Source of the DNA: Felis catus
Taxonomy: Eukaryota
Assembly (NCBI RefSeq): GCF_018350175.1
Contig: NC_058368.1
Span: 160,458,001-160,522,000, forward strand
Direction: 5' to 3'
Length of the DNA stretch: 64,000 nucleotides
A program made the translations under genes and the position numbers. Every line of letters starts with the position of its first letter. Positions within the stretch are counted from its first letter, which is position 1. A model generated the notes under the pieces. It was not told the DNA's origin, ran no database searches, and saw only the letters and a program-made list of their open reading frames with translations. Shown piece by piece: positions 13,592 to 25,849 of the stretch.

Positions 13592-14729
13592 AAAATAAAT
13601 TCTTTAAGTTTGGTTGATATTCATATTCTTCAGTTCAGAAAACAGGTTTTGTGAGTCATATAACTTGAACTAGTAAGTGAAAGAAGAAAATGAGTCCAGA
13701 AGTGTATCTTTGAGTATATACAAATCACTTGTTCTTTTGCTTATCAGGCCTTCCTGTGTTCACTTCCAGCAATGTTGCCTCCTCTATCCCTTCATGTCCT
13801 GTGGCTGCAGCCTGTCCGAATACCCATGTCAGCCATCACTGTTCTGTAATATGAGCCCCATAATACTCTCAGAGTAGATGTCATCCTCCAGTTTTCATGT
13901 TCTTTCCTTTTAAATAAAGGGTCAAAATCAAAGGTATATTTGTGTTTCTTATTTTATCATGTCTCTTAGGAATTTTTTTTCATTCTCTCTATACCTTTTT
14001 ACTAGAGTTTATTGACCTTCTGACCTGATGAGATACTTACAAAGATTTTTCAGCTCTACATTGGGATAATGACCTTAAAATCTAAAGATGCTGCTTTGGA
14101 ATCTCATCTTGTAACCTTCTGTGTTACTAATTATGCAGGGTAAATAGTCTGTATATTTACAGTGAGCAGTTTAACTCTAGCATAAATCCAGCATCGTTTG
14201 TTAATTTTAGAAGTCAAACATCAAAGTTATCCAATTTTTCTTGTCAAAGATTTAAATTATATGACAGCTGAAAATTAATTGGTAAACATATCAGTAACTT
14301 CATTTTTCTTAAAAGATAAGTGATTCCTGAAAAAAAAATATGGAATAGAGTTTCAGTATGTCTTGCTTTATTTCATGGGGATTTCCAATTAAATGCATGC
14401 TTTTGCTATCAATTATCATGGGAAGATAAGTTAAATCCACTCAATTAAACAGTCACTTTTGAAGATTCTGGGCCTGACTTTTACCCATCTTAATGTTAAT
14501 TTAGCCTCCTTTCAAAGGGAAGTGAATGATTTACCTAAGGATTTCTGTTCATTAGTATTAATTAGTGAATTCATTCGACTATGTCAAGAGGAGATAAGAG
14601 ATAATTTGAAGGGGAAAAGCAGTACCTTTTGATGGACTATGATAATCATTAATTTATCTCTATTCACTTTATATTGCCATGGAAAGATACAAATGCTTTT
14701 GCCTATTGTCCTCTTTAAAATTCTGTTTT

Positions 14730-14933
14730 GGGGCGCCTGGGTGGCGCAGTCGGTTAAGCATCCGACTTCAGCCAGGTCACGATCTCGCGGTCCGTGGGTT
14801 CGAGCCCCGCGTCAGGCTATGGGTTGATGGCTCAGAGCCTGGAGCCTGTTTCCGATTCTGTGTCTCCCTCTCTCTGTGCCCCTCCCCCGTTCATGCTCTG
14901 TCTCTCTCTGTCCCAAAAATAAATAAACGTTGA
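14730..14933 (+). mobile_element. Young CAN-SINE (SINEC_Fc), almost tailless
   Basis: CpG-rich body; perfect 14-bp TSD taaaattctgtttt at 14716-14729 and 14934-14947. Confidence 0.97.
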
Positions 14934-15074
14934 TAAAATTCTGTTTTTACACCTGCCACTATAGCAAGTTCTGTATGGACTATAAAGTGCTCAGTTTCAT
15001 TGCATGGACTTACTGACTTTTGTAGTCATCAGATTTCAAATATTTTCTATCATCTCCCCTTATGTATTCCTTCC

Positions 15075-15420
15075 TTCCAGACTCTTACAGAGGCTCTGTT
15101 GCAGGTGCTAGGTATACCCTACCCATAAATCAGTCAAAAAGTCAATACATACATATATACCTAGACAAATACATAATGACCACTAAACATGTTCTTGACA
15201 TGAGAAACTCAGAGTGAAGGCTGGGACAAACATGCAAAGTAATTATAATAAAACTAGGAAATTTTGAAACAGAAATATGATTAAAGTGGGTTATCACAGA
15301 AGAGGAGTTAACAAAATTTGCTTTAATTGTCCAGGAAAGCCACACTGGATGGCTGATATATTAGCTGGGGCTTAAGCCATATGAGCAGTTCTTTAGGCAA
15401 AAAAGTGGAGCATGGGTTGA
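15075..15420 (-). mobile_element. L2 remnant
   Basis: 'ctctgttgcaggtgctaggtata...' and 'ccaggaaagcc...agctggggcttaa' resemble antisense L2. Confidence 0.45.
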
Positions 15421-18400
15421 TAATGGAGTAAGGAATCCTAAAGGAGGGAATAGTATAGATACTCTGGTTAAAGAATAATAACAAAAATAAGATAGTCATT
15501 ACTTTCATATTTAATGTTTGTAGTCAAATTTAATTTAAAACTTCCCATTTTATAGCTCCTCTCTTATTTTAGGCTTACAGCACTCATCATGTACTGGATG
15601 CCACATAAATATAGCTTCAACAACTTCTTGGCTGTTACATAATTCCAAGTTCTTTAGTTTAACCTAAGGTAAATAATAACTATATTAAAAACTTAGTATT
15701 TTTATAGTTACCATGGATTTAATTTGGGGATTATAGCCTCTCCAAAGAGACCTTATCAGTGATGCTTTCCAAGAGTTAGCAAGAGCATTAAAACAGATAA
15801 ACAACAAAAACAACAACAACAAACAAACTAGCTCAGTTGTTTCTCATAAAAAAACAACCAGTGTACTTAAAGATTAGGCAAGAAATTTATTGGATCGGTG
15901 TGGAGGGTGTATTACTTCAGAAGGGGTGTGCATTAGTAAAGTCTTAAGGAACCTTGGTCAACTCTGACCCCAGTCTTTTTAATACATGAAATCTCTGCGG
16001 CAAAATGGGCTAAGGTTGCTTCCTCCTCAGATCCATGAGGACTTAGAATATGTAGGTTCTGGTACTGATTCTGGCACTTGCTAGAAACATGGCTAATAAA
16101 CTTCTTGGAAGTGCTGTAGTTTCCCCTTCTTGTTGCATGGGATGATGCCATTCTGCGAAAATGAAATAATACATATAGGAAAGAGCTATGTAAACTACAA
16201 AGTACTTTATCAACTCCCTAGACATTGCCAGATATTCTGGACTCCTGAGTATGCATATTGTGGAAGGCACCATTTGGGAACAGATGAAGGAACCACATCA
16301 TGCATGGAGTCATTTAGACAATGTCAGGGCACGACCAAGACTTCTATCCAATGTCTCTTCAGGATTCTCTATGCTATACCATGTTGAGTTTTTCTGTGAG
16401 TTTGTGTAGGAGAAATGGACTTAGAATATTGCTGTGTTGGCAGTTTTGCCACTAAAAATGACTACTTAGAAAAACTGTATTTGTGGTCCATCTGCTTTCA
16501 TTGTGGGAGCTGTAAATGTAGGAGATACATTACTTCCATTAATCTGTGCTTCTGAGTGCATTTCTTTTAAAATTCTTAGAAGTATCTGTCATTTTATACT
16601 TAATACTGTACTAATTCACACTAATGACTTGAAAATTCCCAAGAGATAACTAAATTGTGCAAATGAGTAGAAATGAACATTAAAAGGCAACATTATAAAA
16701 TCAGGAATGTGGAATCCTGAGATGTACTTTATTTATTTTGACAAGGGCAGTTTACTTTCGGTAACTCATAATAAAGTACTGCTGTAGAATAGTAAATGTA
16801 CTAAAGTTGTTTTATTAAAGTAATAAAGCCTGAATGGGAGTCCTTACTAAAGCCCACCACCATTAAATTCTTACAAAATACTGTAAATATGCCAGGTTAT
16901 TGTGTTTTTTATTTTCTGTGTAAAATTCTATTTAAAAATGTGGAGTTTCCAGAAAACATGAGTTTGAAGTCTCCTCTTTCTTCCTGCACTTGTCTTTGGA
17001 ATGAAGACATTTTTCTAATTTCCTGAACAATTCCAAACATTCATTTTCAATTGTTTAGAATACTTCATTAATAAGACAAAGATCATGACCAAGTTCACGG
17101 AAAAGCTCAATGCTGACAGTATGTGCTTGATCCTCACTGACTTTTGCAAATACAGAGCAGAGGCACAAGAAACAATGAAGTCAATGGGTGGATTCAAGGA
17201 GGTACACCTATACTGTGTGCAAGTCTAGCCACTGAGCTCTTCCTGGCTGATTTTGCCTAATCATGGAGTTTGTGTCCATTCACTCAATTTTACTGTGGTC
17301 ATATTTTTCAAAGTTAGATATGACACATTTTGTCTCTTCTGGGTTCTTTCTGGGCCCATGATATATAGAGCTCTGTAATACGTGCTGTTAATCATAAGAA
17401 ATTTGATCAGTTTTATGAATCATGGCTAAGGGGAAGCAGAACCATATTTTTAAACTTGGTTTGTAAATGTTTGTCTTCCTGTAAGTTGTGGTATAAGATG
17501 AAACTAGTGATCCATCTTCTCTAGAGAGAAGAGAAGAAGCAGTCATGGTACGTGTGAAAAAGACATGGAATTGTCATTGTTGCTTATATTTTTATTAAAG
17601 CACCATATGGATGAGTTTGAAAGGCTTAATAAAACCCATTGCCACTTCTGGAAAAGTAACCGAAAGTGCTACTGACTGGCTGTTGTGTCCTTTATTCTGG
17701 ATAATCAATAGCTCTTTCGTTAATAGTGTGGAACCTGAAGCCATACGTAACTGATTTCTGTACTCTTTTCATACACTTTAGTCCTGCTTAAAGTCATGTT
17801 AAGCTGAATTGTGTTCTATCATTTTTTGTTGACTGAAAATCCAGTTTGTATCAATAGGATTATTGTTAGTTATTCAAAACTTCTAATAGGCTATAACCCA
17901 TACAAAACAAATAAAAATAGCAAGTCCATGGTATATTTTCTCCTTTTATTCAATTTTCTTTGTTGGCATGTTATGTAATGAAATGGTATGAATAGTAATA
18001 TGTAGTTTGTATGTGGTACTTTTTTAATAACTAATTTTATTCAGTCTCTTTTTATTAAGTGAATGTGCTGATCACCTGCTAGCTGAAGTTCACCAAGTTA
18101 CAAAGACATTTCTAACATAAAAGTATAACAAGAAAGCATGAAATGCAGTGAAATTATATTGTTATTATATTTTTCCTCCATTTCTTGCTCCTCCTTGGCC
18201 TCATTGTGTATTATGAATTCAAAAGTGGAGGCAAATTGGTGGTTTGTGAATTTTCTAGAACCTACAGAAAAAAACTGCAACCTCATTTTTAGAGTATGAT
18301 GTAATACAGTGTGGCCAAAGTTAGAAGTGCTCAAATCCATGTGAAAACAAAGTTCCAAGGTCAGCTCAGAGTTAAATATATAGGATAAGTGACAGAGTCT

Positions 18401-18529
18401 GAAGCATTCTTGTAGATAGTGGTTTTTAGGAATCTCACAGGCTCAGAGTTGTCTGATACATCTCAGTGTGAGTCAGAATTTTCCCTCTGCAAATGTCCTA
18501 TTTAAATTTTCCACCCCTTACTATCATAG

Positions 18530-18742
18530 TGTATACAATCCAAGAGGTCTGATTTCAAATTTTAGTGTCATAGTTTACTATTTATGTGACTTTGGATACA
18601 TTAATTAACCTTTTGAGTCTCAGTTTCCATATTACGTGGGTGGAGTTAATAATTACTCCTTTTTCTTAAAAATGTGATGAGGATTATATGGTATAATACA
18701 GATGATATTTTTAACTTAGATGTGGTCATATTTTAAGTGCTT
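18530..18742 (+). mobile_element. MIR
   Basis: MIR core 'tttactatttatgtgactttgg...taaccttttgagtctcagtttcc...tgatgaggatta'. Confidence 0.75.
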
Positions 18743-20202
18743 TTAAAGTCCATACATTGAGGAGGAAATGTATTGTTCATTCATCTAGTCCTTTACCCAA
18801 ACCATCAACCACCTTGGTAGGTCTGTATTGTAGTCTGGTAGTTTTGTAGGTATGAGAGATATCTGGGCTGTCTCAGTGAATGCCTTAGCGAAGCTGGGTG
18901 GTTACTAGAGACAACGTGTAAACAAGCTATTTTAATACAGTGATACAGGTGCTGTATGAAATACATATAAAATGCCAATGTGACCACAGGAAGAAGAAAA
19001 TATCAGCTGAAGTATAAACAAGCAATACAGAAAACTTAACTAGAAGGATGGTTTTAGCTTGAGTCTAGAATACTAAGAGGGATAAAACAGGTGGACAAAG
19101 AATTGCGGTATCCCAGACATTCCTTACAAAAAAAAAAATGTCAAATTCTACTAATCCTAAAACTGCATGGAGCTTGGAGAATGGTGAGAAATTTCTAAAT
19201 GGCCAGAAGAAATCTGTTGGACAGGTATAGCTTTAAAAATGTATAATTTACAATATTTCTATTTTTAGCAAGATTTAAGTAAACAGCAAAGAAATCAACT
19301 TCTCTCAAACTTTTAACCAGGTCTAATTTTTAGCTGGTATGAAGCTGTTTATTTCTTCTGCTTATGAGGAATTGCAGTAAGATAGACACAAACTGCTACA
19401 ATTATTTCTTTTTTTATGTAAATAAAAATTACAATACTTGTCACCCTGGGTGGGAGCTGTATTCCAAGAAAATATTTAGTGAATGCACTTTCTCTTTGGC
19501 CATGGCAGTAAAAGGCATGTTGGCAGAGGGCATGATTTCTGTATTTGATCATATACTTCACAAAAGAAACTATTTGCTTTCATTAACTTAGAGTTTCCAC
19601 AATAGAATTTATATAATCCTTGTTTTTAATGAAAAAAAAATGTTATCCTGTATTCCACACTGAGGTGATAGGTTCAGCAATAATAGTTGCTGTGTAAAGT
19701 GCTAAGTCCTTTCCTATGTTTGTTTCTTTCTAACACCAGGTTATGCCGTCTAGTTAAAATTTTACTAAGGCTGTAATTCAATAAGTCTTGTTTGTTAACA
19801 AGACTATGTTAATCGTATCCATTGTTGTATGTGTATGTGAGAGAGAGGACGTATTTTCTCTCACTAATGTACTTTTACATAAGAAAAGATTAAAACCCCT
19901 TTTCTTAAAAATATTCAACTAAACATTTTCTTTAAAAAGTAAAAAAAAAAGGTAAAATAAATAAAAAGTATACAACCCAAATTCCAGTTCTCTGTGTTGA
20001 AAACTTTGAATTGAATCATGTAGTGTGCAATATTGAGGACTATCTAAAATTATAGATGTGTTGTACTGCTGATTCTGAGTAAACCCAGTGCAAATTATTC
20101 AACTTTTAATTTTCTAATTCTTTGAAATAAGTTTTGGCTTGCATACATCAAGGTATGTTATATAGAGCAATTATGTATATTCCGTTAAGAAAGACATATC
20201 AA

Positions 20203-20383
20203 GGAGTGTCTAGGTCACTCAGTTAAGCATCCAACTCTTGGTATCCACTCGAGTCATCATCTCATGGTTTGTGAGTTTAAGCCCCACATTGGGCTCTGTG
20301 CTGACAGTTTGGAGCCTGCTTGGGATTCTCTCCCTTTCTCTCCCTCTCTCTCTGAAAATAAATAAACAAACTTAAAAAATAAT
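20203..20383 (+). mobile_element. Older CAN-SINE, first unit of a tandem pair
   Basis: Diverged SINE body ending 'aaaataaataaacaaacttaaaaaa'. Confidence 0.9.
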
Positions 20384-20590
20384 GGGGCACCTGGGTGGCT
20401 CAGTTGGTTAAGCGTCCAACTCTTGATTTTGGCTCAGGTCATGATCTCACAGTTTGTGAGTTTGAGTCCTGCATTGGGCTCTGTGATAACAGTGTGGAAC
20501 CTGCTAGGGATTCTCTGTTTCCCTCTCTCTCTGCCCCTCCCATGCTCATGCTCTCTCTCTCCCTCTCAAAATAAATAAACATAAAAAAAA
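20384..20590 (+). mobile_element. Older CAN-SINE, second unit of a tandem pair
   Basis: Head ggggcacctgggtggctcag; the pair is flanked by aagaaagacatatc (20187-20200) and aaggaagacctatc (20590-20603). Confidence 0.93.
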
Positions 20591-20619
20591 AGGAAGACCT
20601 ATCCAAACTAAGCTTGTAT

Positions 20620-20762
20620 TAAGTTCCCAGGACCAACATTAGCATCCTGAGGATGTGTTAGAAATGCAGAACACTGGGCACCACCCCCAAAGTACTTAAT
20701 CAATATCAGCTTTTTAACAAGATCTCCAGGTGAGTCATTGTACATTAAGTTTAAGAAGCACT
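20620..20762. mobile_element. MER5A-type element
   Basis: 'agcatcctgag...gttagaaatgcaga...ttttaacaagatctccaggtga...aagtttaagaagcact'. Confidence 0.75.
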
Positions 20763-22412
20763 ATTGTAACTGCACCATTATTAAATAACAGTGTGGAGCA
20801 GAAAGTTAAAATTCCTGATGAAATGCACAAACCTTTTACCTGTCTATTACTGATACACCAAAGTTTCAAAGAACTTCTAGGATAATCCTTTGGTACATGA
20901 AAGAATTTATAAAGTCTATGATGGCAGAATAGTATTTTGAGATAGTAAACTATTTCTATTTTTTCACTGTTTTATTCCTGTAGGTTTTCCTTTCCCATAA
21001 CTCCCCTTCAAACAGCAAATAGACACTATGTTCACTTGCCTTACCGGAGCGATATGGTGTGGTACCAAGCAGAAATTGTATGAATGATCATGGTTTCCCA
21101 AAGGCAAAGCCCTTAGACAAGAGGTTTCAAAATTATGCTCTTCAGATTAAAAGCATACCACAGATGTGTTTTGTTAGTAAAGCACCTGTTTATTTTAGTT
21201 TTTAATGCAGAAGTATGTGGTCAAAAGGATTCTTTTCTTCTTGCCTCCATTGCCAAGAAGAGGGTTGGGAGCTCCTTAAAAAGTCAAGGCTAAACTTCCC
21301 TATTAAACTAGTGGATGTAACAAAAATGAAGATTAAGTTCTTAAAAAAATCAATACCCAATGCTCATATAGCACTTATTATGTGCAAGGGATTGTTCTAA
21401 GTAGGCCTCTTTGAGGGAGTTAGCCACACAAATGTCTGGGGAAAGGTGTTCTAAATGTAGGAAACAGCTACTATGCAGTCTCCAACATGGCAGCATGCCC
21501 ATCCAGTGCTAGTCAAGTAGGCTTGTGTGGCCACACCAGAGTAATACAAGAAGAAAGCAAAAGAAAACTGGATCAGAGAGGTCACAGGGACCTTCACTGG
21601 TTTAGGCCATTGGAGAACCATGTCTTACACACTGAGTAAGCCAGGACATATTTCAGGGCTAACTCTTTGCTCTTCATAGTGTTTGTTCCGTACTATATTT
21701 ATTTATTTATTTTTGTTTTTCCAATATATGAAGTTTATTGTCAAATTGGTTTCCATACAACACCCAGTGCTCATCTCAAAAGGTGCCCTCCTCAATACCC
21801 ATCACCCACCCTCTCATCCCTCCCACCCCCCATCAACCCTCAGTTTGTTCTCAGTTTTTAAGAGTCTCTTATGCTTTGGCTCTCTTCCACTCTAACCTCT
21901 TTTTTTTTTCCTTCCCCTCCTCCATGGGTTTCTGTTGTTTCTCAGGATCCACATAAGAGTGAAACCATATGGTATCTGTCCTAATCTGTATGGCTTATTT
22001 CACTTAACACTCTCCAGTTCCATCCATGTTGCTACAAAGGGCCATATTTCATTCTTTCTCATTGTCACATAGTACTCCATTGTGTATATAAACCACAATT
22101 TCTTTTTCCATTCATCAGTTGATGGACATTTAGGCTCTTTCCATAATTTGGCTATTGTTGAGAGTGCTGCTATAAACATTGGGGTACAAGTGCCCCTATG
22201 TATCAGTACTCCTGTATCCCTTGGGTAAATTCCTAGTAGTGCTATTGCTGGGTCGTAGGGTAGGTATATTTTTAATTTTTTGAGGAACCTCCACACTGTT
22301 TTCCAGAGTGGCTGCACCAATTTGCATTCCCACTAACAGTGCAAGAAGGTTCGCGTTTCTCCATATCCTCTCCAGCATCTATAGTCTCCTGATTTGTTCA
22401 TTTTGGCCACTC

Positions 22413-24218
22413 TTACTGGCATGAGGTGATATCTGAGTGTGGTTTTGATTTCTTTTCCCTGGTGAGGAGCGACGTTGAGCATCTTTTCATGTGCCTGTTG
22501 GCCATCCGGATGTCTTCTTTAGAGAAGTGTCTATTCATGTTTTCTGCCCATTTCTTCACTGGGTTATTTGTTTTTCGGGTGTGGAGTTTGGTGAGCTCTT
22601 TATAGATTTTGGATACTAGCCCTTTGTCCGATATGTCATTTGCAAATATATTTTCCCATTCTGTTGGTTGCCTTTCAGTTTTGTTGGTTGTTTCCTTTGC
22701 TGTGCAAAAGCTTTTTATCTTCATAAGGTCCCAGTAGTTCATTTTTGCTTTTAATTCCCTTGCCTTTGGGGATGTGTCGAGTAAGAAATTGCTACGGCTG
22801 AGGTCAGAGAGGTCTTTTCCTTCTTTCTCCTCTAGGGTTTTGATGGTTTCCTGTCTCACATTCAGGTCCTTTATCCATTTTGAGTTTATTTTTGTGAGTT
22901 GTGTGAGAAAGTGGTCTAGTTTCAATCTTCTGCATGTTGCTGTCCAGTTCTCCCAGCACCATTTGTTAAAGAGGCTGTCTTTTTTCCATTGGATGTTCTT
23001 CCCTGCTTTGTAAAAGATGAATTGGCCATAGTTTTGTGGGTCCAATTCTGGAGTCTCTATTCTATTCCATTGGTCTATGTGTCTGTTTTTGTGCCAATAC
23101 CATGCTGTCTTGATGATGACAGCTTTGTAGTAGAGGCTATAGTCTGGGACTGTGATGACTCCCGCTTTGGTCTTCTTCTTCAATATTACTTTGGCTATCT
23201 GGGGTCTTTTGTGGTTCCATATGAATTTTAGGATTGCTTGTTCTAGCTTCGAGAAGAATGCTGGTGCACATGTGATTGGAATCGCATTGAATATGTAGAT
23301 AGCTTTGGGTAGTATTGACATTTTGACAATATTTATTCTTCCAATCCATGAGCACAGAATGTTTTTCCATTTCTTTATATCTTCTTCAATTTCCTTCATA
23401 AGCTTTCTATAGTTTTCAGCATACAGATCTTTTACATCTTTGGTTAGATTTATCCCTAGGTATTTTATGCTTCTTGGTGCAATTGTGAATGGGATCAGTT
23501 TCTTTATTTGTCTTTCTGTTGCTTCATTATTAGTGTATAAGAATGCAACTGATTTCTGTACATTGATTTTGTATACTGCACCTTTGCTAAATTCATGTAT
23601 CAGTTCTAGCAGACTTCTGGTGGAGTCTATCGGATTTTCCATGTATAATTTCATGTCATCTGCAAAAAGTGAAAGCTTAACTTCATCTTTGCCAATTTTG
23701 ATGCCTTTGATTTCCTTTTGTTGTCTGATTGCTGATGCTAGAACTTCCAACACTATGTTAAACAACAGCGGTGAGAGTGGGCATCCCTGTCGTGTTCCTG
23801 ATCTCAGGGAAAAAGCTCTCAGTTTTTCCCCGTTGAGGATGATGTTAGCTGTGGGCTTTTCATAAATGGCTTTTATGATGTTTAAGTATGTTCCTTCTAT
23901 CCCGACTTTCTCAAGGGTTTTTATTAAGAAAGGGTGCTGGATTTTGTCAAAGGCCTTTTCTGCATCGATTGACAGGATCATATGGTTCTTATCTTTTCTT
24001 TTATTAATGTGATGTGTCACGTTGATTGATTTGCGAATGTTGAACCAGCCCTGCATCCCAGGAATGAATCCCACTTGATCATGGTGAATAATTCTTTTTA
24101 TATGCTGTTGAATTTGATTTGTTAGTATCTTATTGAGAATTTTTGCATCCATATTCATCAGGGATATTGGCCTGTAGTTCTCTTTTTTTATTGGGTCTCT
24201 GTCTGGTTTAGGAATCAA
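22413..24218 (-). pseudogene. L1 ORF2p fragment: reverse transcriptase domain plus part of the C-terminal region, 601 open codons; frameshifted continuation at 22000-22378
   Basis: RT motifs IPKP..D...[37 protein letters not shown]; no endonuclease domain; the ORF call starts at TTG, not ATG. Confidence 0.96.
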
Positions 24219-24385
24219 AGTAATACTGCCTCTTCGCCCTTCCTACCCTCTTCCGTGGGCCTCTCATCTGTGCTTGGCTCCGGAGACTCCGTTCTGCTAG
24301 TCTTCTGGTGGTTTTCTGAGTTATTTAGGCAGGTGTAGGTGGAATCTAAGTGATCAGCAGGATGCCGTAAGCCCAGTCTCCTATG

Positions 24386-24395
24386 CCGCCATCTT
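24386..24395 (-). promoter_or_regulatory. YY1-type site at the L1 5' end (internal promoter)
   Basis: Minus strand AAGATGGCGG about 13 nt from the element start, the canonical position in mammalian L1 5'UTRs. Confidence 0.75.
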
Positions 24396-24878
24396 CCCAG
24401 GATCCCCTGTTCTGTACTTTATTTAATTCTTAGCTCTAATTTCTCCTCTTCAGAGAGACCTCCCCGATGACCAAATCCAACGTGCTTCACCTGGTATTCT
24501 CTAGCTACTTATCTTGCTTTGAATTTTTATATGTTTATTACTAACTAAAATTGCTTTATGTATTTACTTTTCATCTGTGAAATCAGATCGATTTCATTTG
24601 TTGGAATGAAAAAGCCAACAGAACATGACTTTGGTCTTGCTTATTTCTCTATCTCTCAGGTCTAGGACAGTGTCTGGCTTATGATAAGCTAAATAGATTG
24701 TTGTGTTTAAAAGGCAAATAATGAATGTATATTTGTATTTTATAAAAGAACATTGAACTGCTGAGAATCATCCTTGGAAAGGTAAGAAAATTGGGCTCAC
24801 ACAAGTTTAGTTTGTGCATGGATAGAATATTGGAGAGTGGGGGATGTTTTAAAGAGAATGATACAATGATTAACCTTA

Positions 24879-24977
24879 TGCATTAGATTAGTCAGGTTCT
24901 GCAGAGAAACAGAACAATAGGACATTTTATACATATACACACACATACACATACACATACGTTATCTCCTCCTACAG

Positions 24978-25035
<58 letters not shown>

Positions 25036-25419
25036 GTATGTATGGAGGATTGGCTCACATGATTATGGAGGCTGAATGTGAGCTAAAGAACCAGAAAAAT
25101 GAATAATGCAGTTGTAGTCTGAGTCAAAAGACCTGACAGCCAAGATCACCTGTCAGAAAAAGAACAGTGTTCCAGCTCAGCAGTCAGGCTAAGAGACTAA
25201 ATTCTCCCTTTGCCACTTTTTTTGTTTTTCAATATTCAGACCCTAAATGGACTAAATCATGCTCACTTATATTGGAGAGGGTCATATGCTTTTGTAATCT
25301 ATTGATGCCAATAGTAATCTCATCTGGAAACACTCTCACAGACATAACCAGAAATAATGGTAATCCAAATATAGGAGCACCTCCTGCCCCAGTCATTGGC
25401 ATATCATATTCGCCATCAT
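24879..25419 (-). mobile_element. MLT2-type ERVL solo LTR containing (CA)n and (GA)n tracts
   Basis: 'ttagtcaggttctgcagagaaacagaac', 'ttggctcacatgattatggaggctga', 'ctcacagacataaccagaaataat'; (GA)n at about 24986-25034. Confidence 0.85.
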
Positions 25420-25849
25420 AGCATGGAATTTAAACTAGCCATGAAAACAAGTGAAGGTGAGAACATGGTGACATGGTGAAAACTTATGAAAGTCCATAGA
25501 TTTGGAGTTTTGAGATCAAAGTATTGACTGAAGAAATACTACTAGATGAGGAAAGCAGGGTGCTTGGTGGCGCTATTTAGGGAATGAGAAGTTAAGAAAT
25601 CAGAGGCAGCCCAGTTATCGGTAATGTAGTTTTCGGGCTTGTGTGGCTGAAGTAGCAAAATTTTGGAGATGACGAGTTCAAAGGTCCAAAAGTTTAGGGT
25701 GTTATTTGAGTCATTCTGATGCTTAAGCTCCCAAAGAGTAATGATGGAGAGGAGGACAGTGAGTCATGCGTAAGTTCCATATGAATGGGGAGGGGGCTGG
25801 TGCTGTGATCATATCCAAGCTAAAATTTCGCTATGATAATCATCATTCC

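Larger units (their letters stand above)
21702..24407 (-). mobile_element. Young felid L1 with both ends but a large internal deletion (5' end about 180 nt fused to RT-region ORF2)
   Basis: 3'UTR and A-tail at about 21702-21960; ORF2 to about 24228; then a GC-rich block starting GGGGATCCTGGGAAGATGGCGG (L1 5' end). 18-bp TSD tgttccgtactatattta (21684-21701) and tgttctgtactttattta (24408-24425). Confidence 0.92.

Noticed and set aside
21083..21116. Resemblance to U1 snRNA (atgatca..tggtttccca..ggc)
   Set aside because: The match is short and gapped, with no Sm site, no remaining stem-loops and no TSD.
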